Source of the DNA: Hyalangium minutum
GTDB taxonomy: Bacteria > Myxococcota > Myxococcia > Myxococcales > Myxococcaceae
Assembly: GCF_000737315.1 (NCBI RefSeq)
Contig: NZ_JMCB01000002.1
Coordinates: forward strand, 268,001-516,000
Length of the DNA: 248,000 nucleotides
Direction: 5' to 3'
Positions 148,769 to 159,772 of the stretch are shown here, piece after piece. The notes under the pieces were generated by a model. It worked only from the letters and a program-made list of their open reading frames with translations. It ran no database searches and was not told where the DNA came from. The position numbers and the translations under genes are program-made. Each line of letters starts with the position of its first letter. Position 1 is the stretch's first letter.

Positions 148769-148825
148769 TTCCGGGCGGGGTGGGTGGGCGCCAGCCGGAC
148801 TCCCGGACTAGGCTCCCTCCCAGTC

Positions 148826-151800
148826 ATGGACGAGTCCGCGAAGTCCGCCCCGCCCTCGGAGGACGGGGAGGACTCCCCCCAGCCGCAATCGCGGGATGAG
148901 GTGGTGCCCTCTGCCGGGGATGCGTTCGCTCCCACGCTCCACCCGAGCCAGCGGACGGGCTCGATAGGGGGCGTGGCGCCCATGCAGGGCGGGTGGGACT
149001 TGCCCCTGGTGGAGCGCAAGCGCTACCTGCTGGATGGCATCGTCGCCGAGGGCGGCCACGGACGCATCCTGCGCGCGAAGGATCTCCACCTCGAGCGGCT
149101 CGTGGCGCTCAAGGAGCCGATTGCGCCGGGCTCGTCCACCGAGGACACCTTTCTGCGTGAGGCCCGCATCACCGCGCGGCTCCAGCACCCCTCTATCGTG
149201 CCGGTGTACGAGGCGGGGCGGTGGCCCGGCGGCCCGCCCTTCTATGCGATGAAGCTGGTGTCGGGGCGCTCGCTGGCGCACGTCGTGGAGGCCATGCGGA
149301 CGTTGGAGGAGCGCCTGGCCGCGCTGCCGCATGTGCTCGCGGTGGCCGAGGCCATGGCCTACGCGCACAGCCAGCGGGTCATCCACCGAGACCTCAAGCC
149401 CTCCAACATCCTCGTGGGCGAGTTCGGTGAGACGGTCGTCGTCGACTGGGGGCTGGCCGAGGAACTGGAACGGCCAGAGCGCCACGCTCCCGGTACCGTC
149501 CTGGGGACTCCGGCCTATATGCCTCCCGAGCAGGCCGCAGGGCAGCCCGTGGACGAGCGCGCGGACGTCTATGCGCTGGGGACGATCCTCTATCACCTGC
149601 TCTCGGGCCGGATGCCCTACACGGGCGTCACCTCCCGGGAGATCCTCAAGCAGGTGGTTCGCGAGGAGCCCGCGCCACTGGCCCAGCTTCAGCCTCGGCT
149701 CCCCAAGGAGCTGTCGGGCCTGGTCTCCCGGGCGATGGCGCGCGAGCCCTCGCAGCGCTACCCCACGGCCCGTGAGCTGGCCGAGGACTTGCGCCGCTTC
149801 CTGCGAGGCCAGCTGGTGGCCTCGCACCGCTATACGCCGTGGGAGCGCATGATGCGCTTCGCTCGGAGGCACCGCGCGGCTCTGACGGTGGCGGCGGCGG
149901 CGGTGGTGGCGTTGATGGCGGGGGTGGTACTCGACCACCAGAGAATCCTCCGGGAGCGGGACCGCGCCGAGCAGAAGCAGGCGATCGCGGAGAAGGCGGA
150001 GCGCGAGGCCACGCAGCGCGCCGATGCGCTCACGTTGATCGACGCGCGCTCGCTGGTGGCGCAGTCACCCGAGCACGTCTTCTCACAACTGGCTTCGCTC
150101 TCGGCGTCCTTCACGGCGTGGGGCCAGGCGCGCACGCTGGCCGCGAATGCGCTGGCGCAGGGGATTCCCCTCACGCTCCGAGGCCATGCCGCCGGCCTCA
150201 ACCAGGCCATCTTCTCACCCGATGGACTCCAGGTGGTCACCGCGAGCGACGACCGCACGGTTCGCCTCTGGGACGTGAAGGCGGGCACGTCACGGGTGTT
150301 GGAGACGTTCGGGGACGAGGCGTGGCGTACCCTCTTCTCGCCCGACGGGCGGAGCGTGGCCTCCAGCGGCAAGGACGGGCAGGTGCGGCTGACGGAGCTG
150401 GCCACGGGCACCTCGCGCCTGCTGAAGGGACCGACCCGGCCCGTCATGTCGCTGTTCTTCTCGCCGGACGGGCGCCGCCTCTTTACGGCTGACTACGGCG
150501 GAGAGCTCTGGGTCTGGGAGACGGCCTCGGGCGAGGGCCGCCGGGTGGGGACGCATGGCGACGAGGCGGTCGATGCAGGCCTCCTGTCCGATGGGCGGCA
150601 CCTGTTGTCGGCGGGGGCGAGGGACCTCTCCGTGCGGTTGTGGGATGTGGAGAGCGGCACGGGCCAGCTCCTCGTCCGCCGTGAGCGGCCCATCCACTCC
150701 CTGGCCACTGCGCCTCAGGGCGGCGCCTTTGCTGTCGGCGTGGATGAGGGCCAGGTGCTCCTGTGGGAGGGCATGGGCCAGCCCATGCGGGTGCTGGAGG
150801 GGAAGTCCGGGCCCATCCACTCGCTGAAGTTCTCGCCCGATGGCCGCTGGCTGGCGGCGCACGCCGCCTCGGGGCCCGTTCTGGTGTGGGAGCTGCCGGG
150901 CGGGGCTCCCAGGACGTTCGCGAGTGCTCCCGGGTGGCTGGCCTCGCTCGCGTTTTCCGAGGATGGTCGGTGGCTGGGAGCAACGGGGCGGGATGGCAAG
151001 GCCCGGGTGTGGGAGGTGGCCACCGGCAAGCCGCGCGTGCTGCACGGTGCCGTGGCGCCGATTACCTCCGTGGCCTTCTCTCGGGATGGGGCGTCGGTGA
151101 TCACCACCAGCCAGGATGGCGCGGGCCGCATCTACGACGTGGTGGATCACTCCACCCGTATCTTGGCAGTGCACACGGGGAAGCCTTCGGCGGATGCCTT
151201 CTCGCTGATGTCGCGCCACCTGCCGTTGGCCGAGCGCCAGAGCGCACTGATGAGCAAGGTGCTCGCCCTGGCTCCTACGAAGGATGGACGCCACGGGGTG
151301 TCCGTGGGAGGGCTGGACGGCCGGCTGCGCGTGTCCCGTCTGGACGGCACCTCCACGCAGGAGGTGCAGGTGGGGCCGGGCGAGCTGACCGCGGCCGATG
151401 TGTCGCCGGAGGGCTCTCGGCTGGTGACTGCGGGGCGGGACGGCACGGTGACGCTCTGGAATGAGCAGAGCCAGCGGCTCCAGCAGTTCACGGGTGCCAC
151501 GGGGCCGCTCAAGGCGGTGGCGCTCTCGGCGGACGGAAGTTGGGTGGCTGCGGGAGAGGCCTCAGGAGGCATCTGGCTGTGGGAGGCGGCCTCGGGCCAA
151601 GGGCGGGTGCTGGGGCGGCACGAAGGTGTGGTGCGCGCGCTGGCCTTCTCTCCCGGAGGTCATCAGCTGGCCTCGGGTGGAGCGGATGGGACGCTGCGCC
151701 TCTGGAGCCTGCCGAACGGTGAGGGACGTGTGCTGTACCGCCACCAGTCGGAGGTCTCGGTGGTGGTCTTCTCACCGGAGGGCCAGCGGCTGGCTTCCGG

Positions 151801-152269
151801 GAGCGACGACCACACGGCGTGGCTGCATCGGTTGGAGGGGAACACCGGGCAGCGGCTGGACCTGGGAGGCGCGGGAGTCTCCGCGCTGGACTTCTCTCCG
151901 GATGGGACGCAGCTGCTGGTGGCCAACGCGGGGAGCTCCAGCATCCAGCGGTGGGATGTCCAGACAGGCAAGCAGCGAAGCCCGCTGCTGGGGCACACGC
152001 ACATCGTGATCAGCTGGGCCTTCTCGCCAGAGGGTGAGCGGCTGGCCTCCGCGAGTGTCGATGGCACGGTGCGCCTTTGGGACCTCCAGACGGGCGAGAG
152101 CCGGCCGTTGCAGGGACACGAGGGACCGGTCATCCGCGTGGCCTTCTCCCGGGATGGGCGCCAGGTTCTGTCCGCTGGGCACGACGGCACGGTGCGGGTG
152201 TGGCGGGATGATCTGCCGCTGGAGCCTGATGAGCTGCGGGAATGGCTGAGGCAGGTGGCGTCCCGCTGA
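148826..152269 (+). CDS. Ser/Thr kinase with WD40 repeats
   Basis: HRDLKPSN, DWG; many FSPDG...D.TVRLWD repeats. Confidence 0.92.
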   Translation: MDESAKSAPPSEDGEDSPQPQSRDEVVPSAGDAFAPTLHPSQRTGSIGGVAPMQGGWDLPLVERKRYLLDGIVAEGGHGRILRAKDLHLERLVALKEPIAPGSSTEDTFLREARITARLQHPSIVPVYEAGRWPGGPPFYAMKLVSGRSLAHVVEAMRTLEERLAALPHVLAVAEAMAYAHSQRVIHRDLKPSNILVGEFGETVVVDWGLAEELERPERHAPGTVLGTPAYMPPEQAAGQPVDERADVYALGTILYHLLSGRMPYTGVTSREILKQVVREEPAPLAQLQPRLPKELSGLVSRAMAREPSQRYPTARELAEDLRRFLRGQLVASHRYTPWERMMRFARRHRAALTVAAAAVVALMAGVVLDHQRILRERDRAEQKQAIAEKAEREATQRADALTLIDARSLVAQSPEHVFSQLASLSASFTAWGQARTLAANALAQGIPLTLRGHAAGLNQAIFSPDGLQVVTASDDRTVRLWDVKAGTSRVLETFGDEAWRTLFSPDGRSVASSGKDGQVRLTELATGTSRLLKGPTRPVMSLFFSPDGRRLFTADYGGELWVWETASGEGRRVGTHGDEAVDAGLLSDGRHLLSAGARDLSVRLWDVESGTGQLLVRRERPIHSLATAPQGGAFAVGVDEGQVLLWEGMGQPMRVLEGKSGPIHSLKFSPDGRWLAAHAASGPVLVWELPGGAPRTFASAPGWLASLAFSEDGRWLGATGRDGKARVWEVATGKPRVLHGAVAPITSVAFSRDGASVITTSQDGAGRIYDVVDHSTRILAVHTGKPSADAFSLMSRHLPLAERQSALMSKVLALAPTKDGRHGVSVGGLDGRLRVSRLDGTSTQEVQVGPGELTAADVSPEGSRLVTAGRDGTVTLWNEQSQRLQQFTGATGPLKAVALSADGSWVAAGEASGGIWLWEAASGQGRVLGRHEGVVRALAFSPGGHQLASGGADGTLRLWSLPNGEGRVLYRHQSEVSVVVFSPEGQRLASGSDDHTAWLHRLEGNTGQRLDLGGAGVSALDFSPDGTQLLVANAGSSSIQRWDVQTGKQRSPLLGHTHIVISWAFSPEGERLASASVDGTVRLWDLQTGESRPLQGHEGPVIRVAFSRDGRQVLSAGHDGTVRVWRDDLPLEPDELREWLRQVASR

Positions 152270-152279
152270 CTCGTCATGA

Positions 152280-152336
152280 ACTGTTCGGAAAGGTCGGGAC
152301 TTTTCGCGCTCAAAACCCCCGACCTTTCCGAACAGT
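152280..152336. repeat. Perfect 19-bp inverted repeat (REP-like or terminator)
   Basis: actgttcggaaaggtcggg ... cccgacctttccgaacagt. Confidence 0.8.
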
Positions 152337-152480
152337 GAGCCTTGAGGCCGGCCGGGGTAGCCGATCTCGCGACATCACAGTGTGACGTTCACGGTCACAC
152401 CTGGGATGCCCAGGTGAGAGCTAAGTCGTTGAAATGACCGGGGCGAAAACTGGTACGCGGCTTGCGATGGGCTTGGGTAC

Positions 152481-153725
152481 ATGGTTGCCGTGGCCCCAAT
152501 GCTCTCGATATTCCTAGTCGCTGTCCCTGCCACCGAGGGAGCGGTCTGGACGCTGGACCTCCTTGTGGGAGAGGCGCTGGAGAAGAGCCCCAAGGTGGCT
152601 GCCGCTCGTGCCGAGGAGACAGGCGCCGAGGAGGGGCTGTCGGCGGAGTCCCGGTGGATGCAGAACAACCCCCAGCTCGAGGTGGAGTACGGCACCGATG
152701 CCGTAACCCAGGATGTAGGGGAGCGGCGGATGGCGATCGCGATCAGCCAGCAGCTCCAGGTGGCTGGGCAGCGGGGCTTGAGGGTGGAGCGGGCGGAGGC
152801 GGCGCTCACGGCGGCGCGAGCCCGGCGGCGGGCGGCGGAGCTGCGCGTGGCCCGGGAGGCGGCGGATGCGGCGGCGGACTGGGGGCGGCGTGAGGCGCTC
152901 GTGAAGCTGATGGAGGAGGCGCTCGCGGCGGCTCGGACATTGGAGGAGGCTGCGGCGAAGCGCTTCGCGGCGGGAGATGTTCCGGAACTGGAGCGCAACG
153001 CGGCGGCGCTGGAGCGGGCTCGGGCCGAGGCTCGGGCCGCCCAGGCGCGTGCGGAGGAAGTCTCTGCCCGGGCCTCCTTGAACCGGCTCCTCGGGAGAGC
153101 GGCCACGGCGCCGCTGATGGTCACGACCAGCGCCGTGACCTTGCCCGAGGTGCTGGCCGCGCCACAGCCGGAGGTAGAGGAGGCCCGCGCGGAGGCCGAG
153201 GCAGCTCGGGCGGAGGTGGATCTGCTGCGCCGGGAGCGCATTCCCGATCCCACCGTGAGCCTCGGCTATGAGCAGGAGCGGCGGCCCGAGGAGCACGCCA
153301 CGGGCCCGGACTTGCACACGGCCTCGATGGTCGTGGCGCGCCTGTCCCTGCCGCTGCCGCTGTGGAACCGCAACCAGGGAGAGCTCGCCGAAGCGCGAGC
153401 CCGGCGAGCGGCCCGTGATGCGGAGCGCCAGAGCCGCGAGCGCGAGGTGGAGGCGGAGCGCGTGTCGGCACGAGAGGGTTATGAGGCAGCGCGGATTGCC
153501 GAGGCCGCGCTCACCGCGGCGCTGCCAGGCATTGAGCGCAACCTGACGCTGGTGCAGCGCGCCTACGAGGCGGGAGAGCTGAGCCTGGATGCAGTGTTGC
153601 TCGCGAGAGACCGAGCCTACGCCGCGCGAGGGGAGGCCATCGATGCCACCGCAGCGCTGGCTCGGGCCCGTGCCGCGCTGCTGAAGGCCTCGGGCCGCCT
153701 GCCGACGGGAGAGGTGCCGCGATGA
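152481..153725 (+). CDS. TolC/CzcC outer membrane factor
   Basis: NP.LE, G.RG.R, LPLWNRNQG. Confidence 0.88.
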   Translation: MVAVAPMLSIFLVAVPATEGAVWTLDLLVGEALEKSPKVAAARAEETGAEEGLSAESRWMQNNPQLEVEYGTDAVTQDVGERRMAIAISQQLQVAGQRGLRVERAEAALTAARARRRAAELRVAREAADAAADWGRREALVKLMEEALAAARTLEEAAAKRFAAGDVPELERNAAALERARAEARAAQARAEEVSARASLNRLLGRAATAPLMVTTSAVTLPEVLAAPQPEVEEARAEAEAARAEVDLLRRERIPDPTVSLGYEQERRPEEHATGPDLHTASMVVARLSLPLPLWNRNQGELAEARARRAARDAERQSREREVEAERVSAREGYEAARIAEAALTAALPGIERNLTLVQRAYEAGELSLDAVLLARDRAYAARGEAIDATAALARARAALLKASGRLPTGEVPR

Positions 153726-154276
153726 GACGCCTGTGCTCGGTGCTGCTCTGTCTGCTGGCCGCGCCGGCCTTCGCGCACGGAGGCGAGGACCATGGCGACG
153801 CCTCGAAGCCCGTGAGCTCCATAGCGGACGAGACCCATGTGCTCGGGGCCACCGGGGATGTCTTCGAGGTGGTGCTCAAGCACCCCGAGCACGGTGAGGG
153901 CGGGAAGACACCGCTGCGCGTGCTCGTCGCGGAGACGGACACCAACGCTCCGGTGTCGGGAGCCGAGGTGGAGCTGACGCTGACCGGGCCGACCGTGCAG
154001 GCGCTGAAGCCGAAAATGGAATCGCCCGGTGTGTACCAGGCGGAGGCGGAGCTGCCCGTGGGCGCCGAGTTCGCGGCCGTGGCCACCGTTACCCGAGGTG
154101 AGGCAGTGGACGTGCTCGCGCTCGGCGTGGTGCACCTGGAGCCCGAGGAGTCCACGGACCACCCCGGTGGTGCCACGTCGCGCGGGTGGCAGCTGGGCGC
154201 GGTGCTCGGGGGCCTGGGCGTGCTGGTGCTCATTTCCTGGGCGAGGGCTCGAAGGATGCGGAGGGCGGCGCCATGA
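153722..154276 (+). CDS. Exported metal-binding accessory protein
   Basis: Signal peptide followed by HGGEDHG; C-terminal TM. Confidence 0.65.
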   Translation: MRRLCSVLLCLLAAPAFAHGGEDHGDASKPVSSIADETHVLGATGDVFEVVLKHPEHGEGGKTPLRVLVAETDTNAPVSGAEVELTLTGPTVQALKPKMESPGVYQAEAELPVGAEFAAVATVTRGEAVDVLALGVVHLEPEESTDHPGGATSRGWQLGAVLGGLGVLVLISWARARRMRRAAP

Positions 154277-155430
154277 GCCGATGGATGCACGCAGTGGGGG
154301 TGCTGCTCGTGGCGGCGGTGGCCTGGGGCCATGGCGGAGAGGACCACGGGGCGCCTCCCTCGAAGCAGGGAGTGGCCGGGCCCGGCATCTCCATCGCGAA
154401 GGAGACCCAGTTCCTGCTGGAGATCCGTACCGAGCGCGTACGGACTCGCTCCGTGGAGGCGCGGCTCGTGGCTCCGGGCAAGGTCATCCCCCGGACGGAC
154501 CGCTATGCCCAGGTGGCCTCGCCCGTGCCGGGCATCGTCATGGCCTCGGGGAGCGGCGTGCCGCTCGTGGGGCAGAAGGTGAAGAAGGGCCAGGTGCTCG
154601 CCACCGTCCAGCAGAGCCTCTCCGCCTCCGAGGCCACGGGCCTTTCCACCGGGCTCATCCAGGCCGAGGCCGAGAGCACTCGCGCGCAGGCTGCCCTGGA
154701 GCAGGCCCGGAGGGACCTGGCGCGGCTCGAGTCCCTGCAGGGCGTCGTCGCGGAGAAGGACGTGCAGCAGGCCCAGCTCGCCGTGCGCACCGCCGAGCAG
154801 GAGCTGAACCGGGCTCGCTCCGCGCGGGAGGTGCTGTCTGGAGCCCGCCAGGGGCAGGGCACCACGCGCTTCACGCTGACGGCGCCCATCGACGGGGTGC
154901 TCGTGGAGGCGCGCGCCACGGTGGGCGAGCAGGTGGATCCGTCGCGTCCGCTCTTCACGGTGCTGGACGCCTCGGTGGTCTGGGTGGAGGCGCGCGTCTA
155001 CGAGAACGACGTGGCGCGGGTGGAGGCCGCCACGGGGGCGCTCGTGCACAGCGCGGCCTACGAAGGACAGCACTTCGCCGCGCGCCTGTACCACGTGGGC
155101 CAGGTGGTGGACGAGGGTACGCGCAGCGTCCGCGTCCTCTTCGAGCTGGACAACCGCGAGGGCCGTCTGCGCCCGGGCATGTTCGTGGACGTGGCCATCG
155201 GAGCGGGAGGGCGTCAGCAGGCGCTCGCGGTGCCCGAGGCGGCGGTCATCGAGGAGGAGGGGCGCAGCTTCGTCTTCCTCCACACGGGGCCCGAGCAGTT
155301 CGAGCGGCGCGAGGTGGTGCTCGGCGTGCGCGACGGCGAGTGGCGCGCGGTGCGCCAGGGCGTGCGAGAGGGCGACCGCGTGGTGGTGAGGGGCGTGGGG
155401 ACGCTGCAGGCCACGAGAGGAGGGCGATAG
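154273..155430 (+). CDS. RND membrane fusion protein (CzcB/CusB-like)
   Basis: HGGEDHG N-terminus; SP..G, AP.DG, LRPGMF. Confidence 0.9.
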   Translation: MSRWMHAVGVLLVAAVAWGHGGEDHGAPPSKQGVAGPGISIAKETQFLLEIRTERVRTRSVEARLVAPGKVIPRTDRYAQVASPVPGIVMASGSGVPLVGQKVKKGQVLATVQQSLSASEATGLSTGLIQAEAESTRAQAALEQARRDLARLESLQGVVAEKDVQQAQLAVRTAEQELNRARSAREVLSGARQGQGTTRFTLTAPIDGVLVEARATVGEQVDPSRPLFTVLDASVVWVEARVYENDVARVEAATGALVHSAAYEGQHFAARLYHVGQVVDEGTRSVRVLFELDNREGRLRPGMFVDVAIGAGGRQQALAVPEAAVIEEEGRSFVFLHTGPEQFERREVVLGVRDGEWRAVRQGVREGDRVVVRGVGTLQATRGGR

Positions 155431-158400
155431 ATGCTGGACCGCATCATCCTCTTCTCGTTGCGGCACCGGCTGTTCATCGTCCTGGCGGCGGTGGCGGTGC
155501 TCCTCTATGGAGGTTGGGCCGTCACGCGGCTGCCGGTGGACGTGTTCCCGGACCTGAACCGTCCGACGGTGACGGTGATGACGGAGGCAGGAGGCCTGTC
155601 TCCGGAGGAGGTGGAGGCGCTCGTCACCCGGCCCATCGAGGTGTCGATGAACGGAGCACCGGGTGTGCGGCGGGTGCGCTCCTCGTCGGGCGTGGGGCTC
155701 TCGGTCGTCTACGTGGAGTTCGACTGGGGCACGGACATCTACCTGGACCGGCAGCTCGTGGCCGAGCGCCTCCAGGTGGCGCGCGAGGGGCTGCCCCGGG
155801 ACGCGCTGCCGCAGCTGGCGCCAGTCTCCTCCATCATGGGGGAGATCCTCCTGCTGGGCGTGCAGAGCGAGGGAGACCACTCCTCGCCACTGGAGCTGCG
155901 CTCGCTGGCCGACTGGGTGCTCCGCCAGCGCCTGCTGACCATTCCAGGCGTGGCGCAGGTGACGGTGATGGGCGGCGGGGTGAAGCAGTTCCAGGTGCTG
156001 GTGAATCCGGAGAAGCTCTTGGCCTTCGGGCTCACGCTGGAGCAGGTGGAGCAGGCCGCGCAGCTATCCCAGGGCAACACGACGGGGGGCTTCGTCACGC
156101 AAGGAGGGCGTGAGTACCTGGTGCGCAACCTGGCGCGCAGTGCTTCTGTGGAGGACCTGGCGAACACGGTGGTGGCGGTGCGGGACGGAGTGCCCGTGCG
156201 GCTCAGGCAGGTGGCCGAGGTGAAGGCGGGCCCGGCGGTGAAGCGCGGGGATGGAGGGATGAACGGGCGGCCCGCGGTCATCCTCGCGGTGCAGAAGCAG
156301 CCGGGGGCGAGCACGCTGGAGCTCACCGAGAAGGTGAAGGAGGCGCTGGCGGAGCTGCGGCGCACCCTGCCCGAGGACGTGCACGTGGAGACGCTCTTCG
156401 AGCAGGCCGCGTTCATCGAGTCCGCCATCGGCAACGTGGAGGAGGCGCTGAGGGACGGAGCCATCCTGGTGGTGGTGGTGCTGTTCTTGTTCCTGGCGAA
156501 CGTGCGCACCACGGCCATCACGCTCACGGCCATTCCGTTGTCGTTCGTCATCACCGCGCTGGTGATGAAGGCGTTCGGGCTCTCCATCAACACGCTCACG
156601 CTGGGCGGGCTGGCGGTGGCCATCGGCGAGCTGGTGGATGACGCCATCGTGGACGTGGAGAACGTCTACCGGCGGCTCAAGGAGAACCGTCAGAAGGAGC
156701 ACCCCGAGCCCGCGCTGCGCGTCGTCTACCGCGCATCCTCCGAGGTGCGGAATTCCATCGTCTTCGCCACGCTCATCGTGGTGCTCGTGTTCCTTCCGCT
156801 GTTCGCGATGGGCGGAATCGAAGGCCGGCTCTTCGCGCCGCTGGGCGTGGCCTACATCGTGTCCATCCTGGCCTCGTTGCTGGTGTCGCTCACGGTGACG
156901 CCGGTGCTGTGCGCGTACCTGTTGCCCCAGGCGCGCTTCCTGGAGCACGGGGACAGCGCGGTGGTGCGAGCGCTGAAGCAGCGGGCGAGGAGGCTCTACG
157001 AGGTATCTCTGGCCCACCCGGGCGCGGTGATGGCGGGTGCGGCGGTGCTGGTGCTGGCGGCGGTGGCCACAGTGCCGTTCCTCGGGCGCAGCTTCCTGCC
157101 GCAGTTCAACGAGGGCACAGCGACGGTGAACGTGCTGGCGCCGCCGGGCACTTCGCTGGAGGAGTCCAACCGGCTGGGGCTGTTGGCCGAGCGCCTCATC
157201 GCCTCGGTGCCCGAGGTGCATACGGTGGGCCGGCGCACGGGCCGGGCCGAGCAGGACGAGCACGCCGAAGGTGTCCACTACTCGGAGCTGGACGTGGACT
157301 TCAAGGCCGGGGGCCGCCCCCGGGGCGAGGTGCTAGGAGACATGCGGGCCCGGCTCGCGCAGCTGCCGGGCGTGTCTGTGTCCGTGGGGCAGCCCATCTC
157401 GCACCGGCTGGACCATCTGCTGTCCGGTATCCGCGCGCAGGTGGCGGTGAAGATCTTCGGACAGGACCTGGATGCGCTGCGCGCCAAGGCGGAGGAGGTG
157501 CGGCAGGTGATGGCCGAGGTACCCGGCATCGTAGACCTCCAGGTGGAGCAGCAGACGCTGATTCCGCAGCTCCAGGTCCGCCTGAAGCGCGAGGAGGCGG
157601 CGCGGCTGGGCGTGCAGCCGGGCGCCATGGCCGAGCAGCTCGAGAAGGCCTTCAACGGCGTGGTGGTGGGACAGGTGCTGGAGGGGCAGCGGACCTTCGA
157701 CGTGCTCGTGCGCTACGACGACACGGCGCGGGCCAGCGCGGAGACGTTCCGGCGGGCGTTGGTGGATACGCCCTCGGGGGCGCGGGTGCCGGTGTCGGCG
157801 GTGGCGGAGGTGGTGGAGGCGCGGGGTCCCAACCTGATCAACCACGACCACCTGCAGCGGCGCGTGGTGGTGATGGCCAACGTCGCGGGGAGAGATCTGG
157901 GCAGTGCGGTGGAGGAGGTACGCGCCCGCGTCGCCGACCGCGTGAAGCTGCCCGTGGGTGCGTCGATTGCCTACGAGGGCCAGTTCGAGAGCCAGCAGTC
158001 GGCCACGCGCCTCATCGCGCTGCTGTCGCTGGTGTCGCTGGTGGGGATGTTCGGGGTGCTGTACTCGCACTTCCGCTCGGTGCGGCTGGTGCTGCAGGTG
158101 ATGCTCAACATCCCGCTGGCGCTGGTGGGCAGCGTGGCGGCGGTGCTGCTCACGGACCGCACGCTCTCGGTGGCGACGCTGGTGGGCTTCATCACCCTGT
158201 GCGGCATCGCGAGCCGGAACACCATCATGATGATCTCGCACTACCTCCATCTGGTGGAGGTGGAGGGGGAGCGCTTCAGCCCGGAGTTGGTGGTGCGCGG
158301 CTCGCTGGAGCGGCTGGTGCCGGTGATGATGACAGCACTGACTGCAGGGCTGGCGCTGGTGCCGCTGGCGCTGGCGGCGGGCGAGCCAGGCAAGGAGCTG

Positions 158401-158598
158401 CTGCACCCTGTGGCGGTGGTCATCCTGGGAGGGCTCGTCAGCTCGACCCTCTTGGACATGGTCGTCACCCCGGCGGTGTTCTTTCGATTCGGCCGTCCGG
158501 CCCTGGAGCGGTACCTGGCGCGCAAGCAGGCGGCGCGCGAGGAGGAGGGGCTGGCGTTGGCTCCTCCCTCGGAGAGCCAGCTGCCGGGCCGTGCATGA
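155431..158598 (+). CDS. CusA/CzcA heavy-metal RND pump
   Basis: DVFPDL, GELVDDAIV.VEN, R..PV.MTA. Confidence 0.93.
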   Translation: MLDRIILFSLRHRLFIVLAAVAVLLYGGWAVTRLPVDVFPDLNRPTVTVMTEAGGLSPEEVEALVTRPIEVSMNGAPGVRRVRSSSGVGLSVVYVEFDWGTDIYLDRQLVAERLQVAREGLPRDALPQLAPVSSIMGEILLLGVQSEGDHSSPLELRSLADWVLRQRLLTIPGVAQVTVMGGGVKQFQVLVNPEKLLAFGLTLEQVEQAAQLSQGNTTGGFVTQGGREYLVRNLARSASVEDLANTVVAVRDGVPVRLRQVAEVKAGPAVKRGDGGMNGRPAVILAVQKQPGASTLELTEKVKEALAELRRTLPEDVHVETLFEQAAFIESAIGNVEEALRDGAILVVVVLFLFLANVRTTAITLTAIPLSFVITALVMKAFGLSINTLTLGGLAVAIGELVDDAIVDVENVYRRLKENRQKEHPEPALRVVYRASSEVRNSIVFATLIVVLVFLPLFAMGGIEGRLFAPLGVAYIVSILASLLVSLTVTPVLCAYLLPQARFLEHGDSAVVRALKQRARRLYEVSLAHPGAVMAGAAVLVLAAVATVPFLGRSFLPQFNEGTATVNVLAPPGTSLEESNRLGLLAERLIASVPEVHTVGRRTGRAEQDEHAEGVHYSELDVDFKAGGRPRGEVLGDMRARLAQLPGVSVSVGQPISHRLDHLLSGIRAQVAVKIFGQDLDALRAKAEEVRQVMAEVPGIVDLQVEQQTLIPQLQVRLKREEAARLGVQPGAMAEQLEKAFNGVVVGQVLEGQRTFDVLVRYDDTARASAETFRRALVDTPSGARVPVSAVAEVVEARGPNLINHDHLQRRVVVMANVAGRDLGSAVEEVRARVADRVKLPVGASIAYEGQFESQQSATRLIALLSLVSLVGMFGVLYSHFRSVRLVLQVMLNIPLALVGSVAAVLLTDRTLSVATLVGFITLCGIASRNTIMMISHYLHLVEVEGERFSPELVVRGSLERLVPVMMTALTAGLALVPLALAAGEPGKELLHPVAVVILGGLVSSTLLDMVVTPAVFFRFGRPALERYLARKQAAREEEGLALAPPSESQLPGRA

Positions 158599-158633
158599 GG
158601 GAAGTCATGGGTAGGAATGTTTGGGAGAGGCAC

Positions 158634-159752
158634 ATGAAGCACTGGATGGGGTGGCTGCTGATCGCGGGGCTGGTGGCCGCATGTGACAAGAAGACGGAAG
158701 CTCCGGGCGCTGGTGCGCCACCGCCTACCACGGCTTCGGCCTCGGCGAAGCAGGCGCATGAGAACGAGCCGCACGAACATGCGTCTCCCCACGGCGGCTT
158801 GGTGGAGTCCTCTTCACGGGGGCATGTAGAACTGGTGGCCTCGCGGGATGGGAAGTACCGCGTGTACCTGCTCGATGACGACATGAAGGTGCGCCCGGTC
158901 GAGGGCGCCAGTGGTTCCATCAAGGTGGCCAAGGCGGGCTATCCCAATGTCGTGCTCGCTCCCGAGGGAGACCACCTGGTGGGGGAAGGACCAGCCCACA
159001 CGGACGAGCACCTGGCCATGGTGGTGACGGTGGTGCAGGGCGGGAAGCCAGAGACGCTCCGCTTCAACGCGCACCTGGAGGCGAAAGGCCACGCCGCTGC
159101 GGGGGCCGAGGGCATGAAGGCGCACGACCACACGCCGCTGCAGGGCGGCATGGTGGCGATGAGCGGAGAGCTGCACCTCGAGGTGCTCTCGCAGCGCTCG
159201 GGAGAGGTGCGTGTATGGGTGACGGATGCCTTCCGCAAGCCGGTGCCGCTCGAGGGGATGAAGGGGACGGTGAACGCTGGGGGCCAGAGCGTGCCGCTCA
159301 CGCCGGAGCCCGGAGGCCAGTTCCTGACGGCGAAGCTGTCGCCATCGGATCAGGAGCGCGAGACGACGGTGCGTCTGCCGATGCCGGGAGACCCGGAATA
159401 CTTCATCACCTTCCTGCTGACGCCGAAGGATGCGCGGGCGGCGGCCGCCTCGGCTCCGATCAAGTCGGAGGGGAGGGCCGCTCCGGAGGCGATGCAGGAG
159501 GTGACCATCAACGTGGCGGGCGGCTACCAGCCGAGCGAGGTGAGCCTGAAGAAGGGAGTGCCGGTCCGGCTGCGCTTCATTCGCAAGGACACGGGTGGGT
159601 GCTCGGAGGAGCTGGTCATCCCGGACTTCGGGGTGAAAAAGGCGCTGCCGGGGCTGACGGAGACGGTGGTGGAGTTCACGCCGGACAAGACGGGCACCTT
159701 CCCGTTCACGTGCGGCATGGGGATGTTGAAGGGCCAGCTCGTGGTGAACTGA
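158634..159752 (+). CDS. His-rich lipoprotein with C-terminal cupredoxin domain
   Basis: Lipobox VAAC; PHGG/LQGG duplicated domains; FTCGMGM. Confidence 0.8.
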   Translation: MKHWMGWLLIAGLVAACDKKTEAPGAGAPPPTTASASAKQAHENEPHEHASPHGGLVESSSRGHVELVASRDGKYRVYLLDDDMKVRPVEGASGSIKVAKAGYPNVVLAPEGDHLVGEGPAHTDEHLAMVVTVVQGGKPETLRFNAHLEAKGHAAAGAEGMKAHDHTPLQGGMVAMSGELHLEVLSQRSGEVRVWVTDAFRKPVPLEGMKGTVNAGGQSVPLTPEPGGQFLTAKLSPSDQERETTVRLPMPGDPEYFITFLLTPKDARAAAASAPIKSEGRAAPEAMQEVTINVAGGYQPSEVSLKKGVPVRLRFIRKDTGGCSEELVIPDFGVKKALPGLTETVVEFTPDKTGTFPFTCGMGMLKGQLVVN

Positions 159753-159772
159753 AGGGAGCCGGAGGCGCGAGC

